Below, piece by piece: positions 37,938 through 48,944 of a stretch of DNA of 64,000 nt; position 1 is the stretch's first letter; each line of letters starts with the position of its first letter. The DNA is from Azolla caroliniana (lineage: Eukaryota > Plantae > Polypodiophyta). The stretch spans positions 1-64,000 of the forward strand of contig JBHGNT010000080.1 in assembly GCA_043228905.1 (NCBI GenBank), given 5' to 3'. The position numbers and the translations under genes are program-made. A model generated the notes under the pieces. The model saw only the letters and a list, made by a program, of their open reading frames with translations. It was not told the DNA's origin and made no database searches.

Positions 37938-40900
37938 TGTCGTGACGATTTTCGGCTACGGTGTGAAACCGAGTGAGACGAATAAACCAAGGATGTGCAA
38001 CATTGCACATGCACTTAGCAAATAAACCTAGCCTAGTGGCACTTGAGTTCATACAGAGGGGTGCAAGCAAGGATTGAACCTTGCACCTCTAACATACAAG
38101 ATAATTGCCTTACCACTAGGACAACTATCATATAGTGTAGATTATATGTATTTCCTTTTCATATACAAATTATAGACGAAACAACCATAGAAAACCATGT
38201 GCACAAAACCATGGTTTTAAACCCATGGTTTGTGCATGACATAAGCAAAACCGTGTGCACAAAACCATGGTTTTAGCCCATGGTTATGTGCATGTCACGA
38301 GCATGGAAAGACCTATAAAAGCCTCTAGTTGGGCTTGTGTAAGGGGGGCTCAATATGTGAAATCACCAACACCATTATCATCAATATAATATTTGTCTTT
38401 ATCTTCTTCATATTTTTCTACTTCTCAAGTGTACAATTTTTCTTCTTCTCAAGTAAACCATTTTCATTTAATCTTACATTGATCGTCATCTAGCGTCGAT
38501 AATTCCGCGATCATCCTCCCCAGTCCAAGACCCCGGTGGTCACTCGAGTAGCACACGCACGCACGAATCTTCGCGACATCATTTGGTGAACCCGACGTGA
38601 AGAGCAACAGGGGAGGACGAAGATGGATGGCGAATATCTCATGGAGGCAATGTCAAGAAGGATGATGGAGTTTCTGAGAGAAGGGAAAAGAAGAAATGAA
38701 GCCCAACAAGCCGTCGACAAGGTAGTCGAACAAATGAGCTATTTCAACAGTGCCGAAGTCCAAAGTTTCCTAAAAGTCTACAATGCGGAGATGGATTCAA
38801 GAGGTGTGGACAAAGCTATGAGGCTAGAGTACTTTTGTCGGGTGGTGTCTCAACCGATCTTCAAAGATGTAAAAGAGCTTCTAGAAGCTCATGATTCGTG
38901 GGCGACTTTCGAGAAGGCTCTATTGGAGGAATATGGCTATGAGAGACTGAAGGGACAAGATCGACGCAACTTCGACCAATGGGTGACATCAGCGAAGACC
39001 CACCAAGGTGCGACACAAGCATTCGTAGACTTCGAGCATCATTTTTCTCAATTGTCGGAGCGGGAACAAAGATTGGTGGGGGTCGATAAGGTCCTTATGT
39101 TCGTGAAGTCAATCGATCGAATGGAAAGGATGGCGATCGGCCTCAAACTCGAAGAAGATGATGGTGCAAATGGCCTCATCGAGGATTGGAGCAAAGTGGA
39201 AAGTGTATGCCGACTACACGATAAGGGGCAAGCGAGAATATCGACGACAACAAGACGGCCCATGAGGGACGATCGAAGAGGGACGAGATGCAACAACGCA
39301 CCACCAACAAAAGAAATGAAGCTTAAAAGGGAGACAAAACCGAGGCGAATGGTGATCGAGGAAGAAGAGACCTCCCAACAAATGCGGGTTAATGAAGTGG
39401 CCGATACAAAGGCTCTGGTTCGGTATGACGGTACCGAGAGAGAAGGTGTGAAACAAGTCACCTTCTTGTCTTACAAAGAAACGACGGCGAAGGAGGAGGC
39501 CGATGACTCGAGGACGGCGAACACCACTTCGAGGGAGGATAAATGTTTCGGAACATGCATTGTGTACGAAACATCGGGTGATGACGGCGCAAGCATGAGA
39601 AAAGCTTGCATGATCGAGGGAGAAAAAGTGCTTGAGTCTGAAGAGATTGAGGAGGTAGCCATGACAAACGACATTGAGTCGAAGGTGGCTATGGATGAGT
39701 CGACGACGGATAGCCATGTCGACACTTTCTTCACGCTTGTTCCAGAGACTTCGGCGGTTGTGCCCATGTGCCAATGTGAGACCAGAGAGACGGAAGGTGG
39801 TGACAGGAAGACGAAGGCCCAACACAAGGAGGAAGAAGATCGAGGAAGAAAGGATATCCCCACACCTATTCTAGAGACTTCGGCGGTTGTGCACGTGCGC
39901 CAACGTGAGACCGAAGAGACAGAATGTGTGGACAAAAAAGAGGACGACCGGAAGGGCGATGAAGAAGACAAGGTAAATGTAAATGAACGAAGGGATTCCT
40001 TCACACTGGTTCCGGAGACTTCGGCAGTCGAGACCGTGTGTCGACATAAGACCGAAGATAAAGGAGGTGGCGAAGAGGAGACAATATGGCTCGAGGTGAG
40101 CATACACGGAGGGAAGGATATGGCCGACGTGGAGGCCAAGGATGAAGCTGCGGTTGAGTTCGATGGAGAGGTTGCATGCGGGAAGGAAGGAAGAGTCGAG
40201 AACCGGTTGAACCGGAAGACGATCCGGCCGGGATTCCGACCCGAACGAAGGAAGATCCACATGGGAGCCGATCGACCGGGGCCGACCCGGCCGAAACCTG
40301 ATTCGGCGAAAATCGATCGGACGATTCCGATCCAAAAGGGGGCCGACCCAGCCAGAATCAATCGGTCGAGCCCGACTCGGGGAAATGTGAATGCAGACGA
40401 AGGCCAACCAAGCCAAGAAGCGATCGGTGGAGACCGATCCGGACAAGGGCAAACCCGGCCTAATCGGAGATCGACACGAACGATCTACAATACCCAGTTG
40501 AAGACGGTGAGCGTGAGGAGTGGCCAGGAGTCCAATCGAAGGACACGCGCGCTGGACGAAGGAAGAGCGGTCGTATCGACGACATCGTTCGGTAGATCTA
40601 CTACAACCGATCGGGGAAGAAGGTGTGAGCGTTGGATATGGTGGATCGGGTGGCTACGGTGGTTCGGTTGGAAAGATTGCGCATACTCGAAGTGGAAGAC
40701 GAAGTCGACGAGCGTGCAGAGGAACTTGGTTGATCACCGTTGCCAAAGATCTCACCTCTTCACCTTTCTCGGCACATACCGGAGGATGTGCAGGTTTGGT
40801 GGGGGTGGATGTCGTGACGATTTTCGGCTACGGTGTGAAACCGAGTGAGACGAATAAACCAAGGATGTGCAACATTGCACATGCACTTAGCAAATAAACC

Positions 40901-41155
40901 TAGCCTAGTGGCACTTGAGTTCATACAGAGGGGTGCAAGCAAGGATTGAACCTTGCACCTCTAACATACAAGATAATTGCCTTACCACTAGGACAACTAT
41001 CATATAGTGTAGATTATATGTATTTCCTTTTCATATACAAATTATAGAAGAAACAACCATAGAAAACCATGTGCACAAAATCATGGTTTTAAACCCATGG
41101 TTTGTGCATGGTTTGTGCATGGTTTGTGCATGGTTTTAAACCCATGGTTTGTGCA
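37938..41155 (+). mobile_element. Element D: non-autonomous Gag-only LTR element (TR-GAG-like), 3' LTR truncated
   Basis: 5' LTR 37938-38578 (TGTCGTGA..TCGCGACA), PBS TGGTGAACCCGACGTGAA 38584-38601 (tRNA-Trp-like), near-identical partial 3' LTR 40810-41155, no pol. Confidence 0.88.
38623..40848 (+). CDS. Element D 741-aa Gag-like protein with acidic ETSAV repeats
   Basis: Open ORF; its N-terminal part aligns with E Gag (WATFEKAL..RRNFDQWV..DKVLMFVKSI vs WEAFEVEL..RRGFEDWV..DKVIMFLRAV). Confidence 0.75.
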   Translation: MDGEYLMEAMSRRMMEFLREGKRRNEAQQAVDKVVEQMSYFNSAEVQSFLKVYNAEMDSRGVDKAMRLEYFCRVVSQPIFKDVKELLEAHDSWATFEKALLEEYGYERLKGQDRRNFDQWVTSAKTHQGATQAFVDFEHHFSQLSEREQRLVGVDKVLMFVKSIDRMERMAIGLKLEEDDGANGLIEDWSKVESVCRLHDKGQARISTTTRRPMRDDRRGTRCNNAPPTKEMKLKRETKPRRMVIEEEETSQQMRVNEVADTKALVRYDGTEREGVKQVTFLSYKETTAKEEADDSRTANTTSREDKCFGTCIVYETSGDDGASMRKACMIEGEKVLESEEIEEVAMTNDIESKVAMDESTTDSHVDTFFTLVPETSAVVPMCQCETRETEGGDRKTKAQHKEEEDRGRKDIPTPILETSAVVHVRQRETEETECVDKKEDDRKGDEEDKVNVNERRDSFTLVPETSAVETVCRHKTEDKGGGEEETIWLEVSIHGGKDMADVEAKDEAAVEFDGEVACGKEGRVENRLNRKTIRPGFRPERRKIHMGADRPGPTRPKPDSAKIDRTIPIQKGADPARINRSSPTRGNVNADEGQPSQEAIGGDRSGQGQTRPNRRSTRTIYNTQLKTVSVRSGQESNRRTRALDEGRAVVSTTSFGRSTTTDRGRRCERWIWWIGWLRWFGWKDCAYSKWKTKSTSVQRNLVDHRCQRSHLFTFLGTYRRMCRFGGGGCRDDFRLRCETE

Positions 41156-44100
41156 ACCGACGGGCTTCAAGCAAGCATCCATGGGCTACGATAGCAAAAT
41201 CCGACATGGGAGGCGTTTGAAGTAGAGCTAAAGAGGACGTTCGCCATCGAGGATTCCTCCAAGGCGACACGAAGGGGATTCGAAGATTGGGTGGAGACGC
41301 CGGACAAGGGATTGAAGGTCGTTGATGTGTTTTCGGCATTCGAAAGCCGGTTCGGGAGGTTGTCCGCGAGAGATCAAGCTATCCTCGTACCGGACAAGGT
41401 GATCATGTTCTTGCGAGCCGTGGACGTCCGGGACCAGAAAGATCTCGGAGTGCTCTTGGAGGACACGACCACGGAGAGCGGCCTCACCGAAACATGGGAA
41501 AGCGTGCGGGATATCATCGCGCGATACACGAAGAGGGGGCAATGGCTTGCCGACGAAGAAAAGAGGGTTTCGGAACCGATTCCGAAACCGAGAACCGGAT
41601 TGGAAGACCATCAACTGAGGGCTCGAGAGACTACAACCGAGAAGGGGATTGATGCATCTACGGTGGAGCAACTATTGAAGGAGATGGAGAATCTGAAGAT
41701 CGCGATGGTGAAGAAGTCGGATGACCGCCCCACAAGCTCCAAGTATACGGACCGACGGTGCATATGGTGCGATAGCGCCGAACACGATCGGAGGGATTGC
41801 GACGAGCATAAGGAGGCGCTACGGCGGGATCTCATCTACTACGAGGGAAACCGGATTCATTCGATGGACTCTCGGAAGCCACTCCGACCGAACTTCCGGA
41901 AAGGCGGCATGAAGAAGATGCTCGAGGAGGAATTGGCGGCGAGAAGCAACTATGCGACAACCGCGGGAATATGTGTCGGGGAGTCATCGAGAGCAAAGAC
42001 GTCTTTTTGGCCGGAAGTTCTAGAAAACACCGAGAAAACCGACTCCAACGAGATCCGAAGCACCGCGGAAGGCGTCCGGGAAGCTACGGGATGGGAGTGC
42101 CCTGTCGACAAGAATAGCATATACGCCCTGTGTCAATTGCATAAGGTGTATGTGGACGAGAAACGACGACGAACGGAGGATGCGGCCGGGCCATCGAAGA
42201 TACCGGAAAGTTGGAACTCCGGAGGTAAGGGAAAAGAAAAGGCGACTCCGGCATTCAAGCTCGCCTCGGACATAGAACAACAAACCGACTTGAAAAGAGT
42301 GTTCGAGGAAAGAATCTTGGATAGCCGGGTAGATTTATCGCTTCGGGAGCTACTCGGAATAGCAAAGAAGGAGTTCCACGATCTTCTCGTGGATCTCGTG
42401 AAGCGAAAAAGACAAAGTACGGAGGAAAATGCTCCAAGGGTGAATGCGAACACCGTTTTAATGAACGACACCGAAGCGGAGGACGAAATTCCGAACTCCC
42501 ATTATACAAGGCCACATTGGGCACGCGCGACTACGGAGACTCCGGTCCGAATCGGCAACATCAAAGAACCCGTGCTAGCATTGATTGATCACGGATCGGA
42601 GATCAACTTGATGTCCAAGGAGTTCTACTGGAAGGGGAAGTGGCCTATTAACACCAACCATGGATGGAAGATTCGGGCGGCCACCAAAGCAACGGAAGAT
42701 CTATTTGCGGCTTGTCCGGATGTGACGGTGAAGATCGGGGATGTCGAGATCGACCAAAATTTCTTCGTGCAAGATGAGGTTTCACATTCCGTCATCCTCG
42801 GCCAACCCTTTATCACGGCATCACGGATGGAGACGAAGGTGCTCGATAGCGGTGCGGCTTTTGCGCGAATTCGGAGCCAAAACGGTGGGAAATCCGTCCA
42901 ATTCCTAACGGTGCCGGCAAATCACGAAAGGAACAAGAGGGAACTCTTGTCCCAAGTGAGAATGGATTTTTTAAAGCGGACTGTTGCGGAGTGGGGAAGT
43001 GATAGTCCGAGAAGCGCTGATACCCCACACAGGAAGAAAACTCTCGGAGCAAAACATGTACAAATAGGTCCGGATGGGGCATCTACGTACACGACCGTAA
43101 CCGGAGGATTGAAGAAAGGATACCGACAAGTGGAGGATAAGTTGCGGTCGGCATCAATAATAAAAGAAGATGAAGAAATCGTGGGGATAGTCGAAGAAGT
43201 GTTCTATGGGAGCACGCTACAACGACTTGAAGAACTTGCGGAAGATAAAAGCCAAGGGAACCGGGTAGTCCCGATGGAATCGGTCGAGATGTACGAGATC
43301 ATTGCGAAAATGGAGCCGGATACGCTCCGTAAAGAAGAAGCAATGGTAAGTACGAAATACAAGACCGTGGAGAAGAAGTTGAAACCGGCCGCGGGACCAC
43401 TACCCGCCGATAGCGAACAAAAGAGGAAAGAAGTCTCAGGAGATCCGACACTTCGGAAGTCCGTGGATATCGGACATGCCTTCACGGATGAGACCCGGAA
43501 GAAACTTCGGATCGGTGGAGGTGGGTTCCTATTACAGAAAGAAGAAGAACGGTTTCGCGAGATGTTGGAGCAACACGGCAAAGCGTTTGCATTTACATCA
43601 AGGGAGATAGGGTGCGTCGATCCGAGAATAGTGGAGCCGATGGTGATCTTTACGATTGACCATGTACCGTGGAATCTGAAGCCGATTCCGGTGCCACGAG
43701 CGCATATTCCAAAAGTCATTGACTTGCTCAAGGAGAAGGTGGCGATGGGGATTCTAGAGCCATCAACTGCTCCGTACTCAAATCGATGGTTTACGGTTCC
43801 GAAGAAGAATGGGTCACTCCGATTTATCCAAGACTTGCAACCGGTGAATAAGGTCACGATCCGGAACTCGGGAGTCGGTCCGATAGTGGACGAATTTGCG
43901 GAAGCTTTTGCCGGTCGTGCAATATACTCCATCGGAGACCTATACTCGGGGTATGACCAATTCCAACTAGCCGTGGAGAGCCGAGACATCACAACCATGC
44001 GAACACCGATAGGATTAGTCCGAATGTGCACACTACCACAAGGAGCGACAAACTCGGTTGCTCATATGATGAACGCGATGAACAAGGTGCTTCGAGACTG

Positions 44101-47100
44101 CATTCCGGAGATAACGATGCCGTTCCTCGATGACATTCCGATGAAAGGATGCGCAGTCGAAGAAAAAGATGAGACTATGGATGATCGGGGATGCCGAAAG
44201 TTCGTGGTCGACCATATTCATGCTTGCGAGAAAGTGTTGCGAAAGCTAGAAGATGTGCACCTAACACTTTCCGGGGAGAAATCGGCATTCGGGCAAGAAG
44301 AAATATTGGTGGTCGGACATCTATGTGGGCCCTACGGCCGAAGACCGTCACCAACAAAGATTGATGCGATTCAAGCTATGGAGGAAGTATGCGAGTCAAC
44401 ATCCGAAGTCCGAAGGTTTCTCGGTGCATGTGCATTCTATCACATATGGATTCCGCACTATGCACATATAGCGGATCCACTCTACCACTTGTTGCGGAAA
44501 GGTAAGAAATTCGAATGGAAACCGGAACACACCAAAGCCATGAAGAAATTGAAGAAGACACTTCGGAGGGCGGAAGCACTTAAGAAGCCGAGCTACGACC
44601 GACCGATCATAGTAACGGTTGATACAAGTCCAACCGGTATCGGGTGGGTCATCAATCAAGCCGACTCGGATGGTTCGCGGTATCCGATCCGATTCGGAGC
44701 AAAGGTTCTCAACGAAAGGCAACGTGGATATGCACAAGTCAAAAGAGAACTGTGGGGAGTCGTGTCAGCGATAAAGTCGGATCGGGATTATTTGATCGGA
44801 GCCAAAGTGGTGATCGAGACGGATTGTCTTCCGATACTCGGGATGATGCGGTGTTGTACGATACCAGATGTAGCTATGCTAAGGTGGGTTGCATATGTCA
44901 AATCGCTTAACCCAGAGGTTCGACACATCTCGGGGAAGGAAAACGCGGTAGCGGATATGTTATCAAGGGCTCGGTTCGGAGACGACATAACCGAATCGGA
45001 TAATGAAGAAGTTTCCGAAGACTACTTCGCGTCGGAGCACATATGCCGAGTGAACGTAATCCGAGAATTTCGGGAAGAAGAATATGAGGGAGAAAGTTTG
45101 ATGATCGGAAAGATGTTACAAGAGGCCGAGGACTCGACAAACGATAAAGGAAGAAGAGCCGAGATCCGAAGGAAGAAGAGGCAAGTCCAAAAGTTCTTCT
45201 TGGAAAATGGATTAATATGGAGGGCGCCGAAAAGACCGGATGGTATACCACTTCGAGTAGTCGGGACAAAAGAGCAACGAAACCGGATAATGTCCGAGTT
45301 TCACGAATCCGATTGGGCTGGACACCGAGGAACATGGGCAACATTTGTGAAGATCAAGCAAAAATATTGGTGGAAGAAAATGTACAAAGATATTGCGGAG
45401 TTTACGGAAAGCTGCGAGAAATGTCAAGTCTACTCCGGGGTTCGACATCGAGATGAGTTACATCCGACATTCTCACCGACAATCAACTTCAAGTGGATGG
45501 TCGACATAGTGGCCATGCCGATCGGGATCGGACAAAAGAAATACTTGGTATTAGCTCGGGAAGATCTCATGAATCAAGTAGAAGGTCGAGCGCTTCAGAG
45601 GAAAACGTGTTCCGCGGTATGCCAATTTCTTTTGGAGGAAGTATTTTGCAGGTACGGGTGCGTAGGACAAGTGATTGCGGACCGGGGAGAACTCGACTCG
45701 GACAAAGCTAGGGGATTCTTCGCCAAACACGGAGTTCGGTTATCACTGACAACGGCATACAATCCGGAGGCCAACGGGAAAGTCGAACGAGGACATAGTC
45801 CGATCGTGAAAGCACTTGCGAAGGCATGCGATGGAAAGGTGAAGGACTGGCCGCAGATGCTTCCGTATGCACTATGGGCGGATCGGACGACGCATAGCTC
45901 CATAACCAGTTACATGCCGGCAGAACTCATGACCGGACAAGCACCGGTAATGCCGACGGAAACCGCAATCGCAACATGGGCAGTGCTACCGTGGAAGGAA
46001 GAGATGAGCCGGGAAGAACTACTAGCGGTCCGGATACGACAACTAGAGGGAAGACCGGCAGACATAGCGGAAGCAATACGCCGACAACAAGAAGCACGAT
46101 TAAGGAACAAAAGCCGGTTCGACACAAAGCACCGACTACGACCGAGGAGGATTGAAGAAGGAGACTGGGTGATCGTCTATGACAGTAGTTTGGACCATCA
46201 ACATACAACGATGCGGAAATTCGCGAAAAGGTGGTTCGGGCCATACGAGGTTCGGAAAGTCTTCGACAACGGAACGTACCGACTGTCCGAGTTGGATGGA
46301 ACAATACTACGAGTGCCTATAGCCGGGAAGCGGGTGAAGATTTTCAAGAAGCGGACCGACGACAAACCCTATGTGATCCAAGCCAAGGCCGACAACGAGG
46401 AGCAATCGGACGAAGACCACGGTGATGCGGGAAGCGAAGAAAGTAAATTACAACTCATAGTCGACATAAGGGGAGAATCGGAGGAAGCTTTGGGTGAAGA
46501 CGGATATGGGGAATCGAGAACTTCGGCACATACCGGAGGATGTGCGGGTTCGGAGGGGGCGAGTGTCGTAGTGTATTCCACACACTACGTGAAAACCATA
46601 AAATAATATATCCGAATTTAGATACATATAAATAAATAAATAATATATCAAAAGAATTTATCACGTGCATAGGGCAGGATTCGAACCATGCACCTCCACG
46701 TAGATAAACCCCAACTTTACCATTGTAATAACTTATCTTTAGTGTTATAAATATAGATTTAATACGTATAAGACCTTTATTTACACATACCTTTATTAAA
46801 GGGTAAAAATCATGTATTCTTTAGAGTGTGAATATTTTATTTACACGTGACATTAAAAGTGACTCATGCACATCTAGCGTGCACGAGCCCTATATTTAGG
46901 AAATGACAAAGCATCACATGCACATTTAGTGTGCATGGACACTTTAGGTGAAAAAGCATGAAGCCATGCTTAGCCTCTTCCATCTTTATATAAGGAGGAG
47001 AAAAATATGTATATGGTTTTTGATTAATATACAAGTTTTTGATCAATCTAATATATTCGTGGGATTCACGAATTTTGCCATCTAATTGCTCTTATAATCT

Positions 47101-47268
47101 AAATATTGTTTTAATTACACTAAACTCGTGGGATTCACGAGATTGCTATCTTACTTCTCTTTCCACTATTCATATCTAGCCTTAAGTTGTATTCCTCTTC
47201 CTCCTAGTCAAAAACCTCGGCGGTTCCCACCCGACTCACGCAACGATCCGGAGCCGAAAGGCGCGACA
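41156..47268 (+). mobile_element. Element E: 5'-truncated autonomous Ty3/Gypsy (fungal/Selgy-like) with one 705-bp LTR
   Basis: gag-pol ORF, PPT GGAGGGGGCGAG, LTR 46564-47268 (TGTCG..CGACA) followed by GCGC. Confidence 0.88.
41291..46606 (+). CDS. Element E Gag-PR-RT-RH-INT polyprotein (1771 aa open, 5'-truncated)
   Basis: CIWCDSAEHDRRDC, LIDHGSEIN, LPQGATNS, PFLDDIP, VDTSPTGIG, HESDWAGH..CEKC, ADRGE, WFGPY. Confidence 0.92.
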   Translation: METPDKGLKVVDVFSAFESRFGRLSARDQAILVPDKVIMFLRAVDVRDQKDLGVLLEDTTTESGLTETWESVRDIIARYTKRGQWLADEEKRVSEPIPKPRTGLEDHQLRARETTTEKGIDASTVEQLLKEMENLKIAMVKKSDDRPTSSKYTDRRCIWCDSAEHDRRDCDEHKEALRRDLIYYEGNRIHSMDSRKPLRPNFRKGGMKKMLEEELAARSNYATTAGICVGESSRAKTSFWPEVLENTEKTDSNEIRSTAEGVREATGWECPVDKNSIYALCQLHKVYVDEKRRRTEDAAGPSKIPESWNSGGKGKEKATPAFKLASDIEQQTDLKRVFEERILDSRVDLSLRELLGIAKKEFHDLLVDLVKRKRQSTEENAPRVNANTVLMNDTEAEDEIPNSHYTRPHWARATTETPVRIGNIKEPVLALIDHGSEINLMSKEFYWKGKWPINTNHGWKIRAATKATEDLFAACPDVTVKIGDVEIDQNFFVQDEVSHSVILGQPFITASRMETKVLDSGAAFARIRSQNGGKSVQFLTVPANHERNKRELLSQVRMDFLKRTVAEWGSDSPRSADTPHRKKTLGAKHVQIGPDGASTYTTVTGGLKKGYRQVEDKLRSASIIKEDEEIVGIVEEVFYGSTLQRLEELAEDKSQGNRVVPMESVEMYEIIAKMEPDTLRKEEAMVSTKYKTVEKKLKPAAGPLPADSEQKRKEVSGDPTLRKSVDIGHAFTDETRKKLRIGGGGFLLQKEEERFREMLEQHGKAFAFTSREIGCVDPRIVEPMVIFTIDHVPWNLKPIPVPRAHIPKVIDLLKEKVAMGILEPSTAPYSNRWFTVPKKNGSLRFIQDLQPVNKVTIRNSGVGPIVDEFAEAFAGRAIYSIGDLYSGYDQFQLAVESRDITTMRTPIGLVRMCTLPQGATNSVAHMMNAMNKVLRDCIPEITMPFLDDIPMKGCAVEEKDETMDDRGCRKFVVDHIHACEKVLRKLEDVHLTLSGEKSAFGQEEILVVGHLCGPYGRRPSPTKIDAIQAMEEVCESTSEVRRFLGACAFYHIWIPHYAHIADPLYHLLRKGKKFEWKPEHTKAMKKLKKTLRRAEALKKPSYDRPIIVTVDTSPTGIGWVINQADSDGSRYPIRFGAKVLNERQRGYAQVKRELWGVVSAIKSDRDYLIGAKVVIETDCLPILGMMRCCTIPDVAMLRWVAYVKSLNPEVRHISGKENAVADMLSRARFGDDITESDNEEVSEDYFASEHICRVNVIREFREEEYEGESLMIGKMLQEAEDSTNDKGRRAEIRRKKRQVQKFFLENGLIWRAPKRPDGIPLRVVGTKEQRNRIMSEFHESDWAGHRGTWATFVKIKQKYWWKKMYKDIAEFTESCEKCQVYSGVRHRDELHPTFSPTINFKWMVDIVAMPIGIGQKKYLVLAREDLMNQVEGRALQRKTCSAVCQFLLEEVFCRYGCVGQVIADRGELDSDKARGFFAKHGVRLSLTTAYNPEANGKVERGHSPIVKALAKACDGKVKDWPQMLPYALWADRTTHSSITSYMPAELMTGQAPVMPTETAIATWAVLPWKEEMSREELLAVRIRQLEGRPADIAEAIRRQQEARLRNKSRFDTKHRLRPRRIEEGDWVIVYDSSLDHQHTTMRKFAKRWFGPYEVRKVFDNGTYRLSELDGTILRVPIAGKRVKIFKKRTDDKPYVIQAKADNEEQSDEDHGDAGSEESKLQLIVDIRGESEEALGEDGYGESRTSAHTGGCAGSEGASVVVYSTHYVKTIK

Positions 47269-48892
47269 GCGCAAGGGGAACCAGGACAGCAGGGTGGTCC
47301 ACGGGCAGAAACGGAATTGAAACTCGGCGCAATCAAGCGGGACCACCCACCTACAAGCGAGCCCATCCGTCAAACCTCCGTGCAAGCGCAACAACAATGC
47401 ACCGGTAGCCTGTGGCTCCAGTGGATAGGCGAACAGATTGTCAGAGCAGTGGGGTATATTGAGGCGGAAGAAAGAGCGCAAAGCGAACGGTTGCTCATCA
47501 CAACCGAACAACTAGAGACGGCCCGGTCCAGAATCCGGTGCCTTGAAAAAGACTTGGATCAGGTCACGGCAGAAATGGCCAAAATGGCCTTAACGGCAAC
47601 ACAGATTCAATCACTGGTGACTCCGGTAAGTGCACAGGATAAAGAAACAGACTAATAAGACCCCGGCAACGGAAACCGTTCCAGAGAGAGATGCGGCACA
47701 AACCCAAGAGCTTGCGGAATTGAGAGATGAACTTGTCGCACAAGAAGCGCTAAGGAGCCGTGAACGGGAATTGAAGACAGCGGCCGAAGCAGAATTAAAG
47801 AAGACTGCTGAGAACCTTCGTTGGGCAGAGGAGAGCCTCCGGAAAGGCCATCAAGCGTACGACCTATTAAGGGAGGAAAAAGACAAAGTGTTGCAAGAAA
47901 AGGACAAGCTGCAGAAGACGGCGGAAACGGAAATTGAACGGCTAAAGGAGGAGCTCCGCCAGCAGAAGGACTGCGAGGACCGGGCCCGTCGACAGATCAA
48001 CGTACGGCTCAAGCAAAAGACGGATGATTTTGAGCACCTGCATCGGGACTACAAACGGTTGGAAACAGAGCATAAGGAACGGATGGCCGAGCTCCGGCAG
48101 GAAGTTGATCAGGCCGCGACGGCGCTCGCCGACGAACGAGTGGAAAATACAAGACGGTTGGACGAGGCGGAGAAGGTCCGAATGGAGCTCCAGAGTCAGC
48201 AGCAGGAAGAAAGGGAGAGAGCGACAACGGTATTGCAAAAATTACAAAGCACATATCAAAGGCAATTGACACATTACAAGGAGCAGGCGGAAGACAACGT
48301 CAAAATCATCAAGCAATTGAAGGAGGAACGGCAAGCTGCGGAGATCAAATCGCAGATGGGAACGAGCCGGATTTAGTGCATCCTCAGGGCATGGCTAAAT
48401 CAGACAAAACGCTTGATTGACGAAAGCTCCGTAAGATGGTGGACAAAGTGGGCACAAAATACGGCGAAACTCCAATTGCTACGGGCAGACGTGGTAAACC
48501 GGCGGAAGGAAGGAGATGATTGTTACACGTTGACTTTCGAGGACTTCACCGCCATACGGGACGAGCTGGCTGAAGACTTCCAAGTCCTGGCGGATGAACA
48601 GCTAATGCAGGTCCGGCAACTTGTAGCTCAGCTAGAAGATGATAGGCTGGACGCTCAAATCCAGTTTGAGAGCTACGAGCGGTCCCGGGTTCGGGAAGAA
48701 AAAGCACGGGAAGCGGCAACGGTTAACCTTAGTGATGAGGAACCGTCACCGGCCGAGGGCCAGGCCAGAACCAGTCAACCGGAGACCACTACGACGGAGG
48801 GAGCAACGACGGAAACGCTGGTGTCAGAGCAACAAACGGAGGAGCAGCCGTAGCAGTCACCAACGGACCAGTCGCAGCAGCCATCAACGGAG

Positions 48893-48944
48893 CAGCAACA
48901 ACAACAGCAACAACCACAACAACAACAACAACAACAACAACAAC
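48893..48944 (+). repeat. (CAA/CAG)n poly-Gln repeat in element A ORF3
   Basis: Directly visible. Confidence 0.9.

Noticed and set aside
39214-44031. Long minus-strand ORFs (e.g. 39471-40361, 43204-44031)
   Set aside because: Antisense shadows of GC-rich TE coding sequence with no recognisable motifs.
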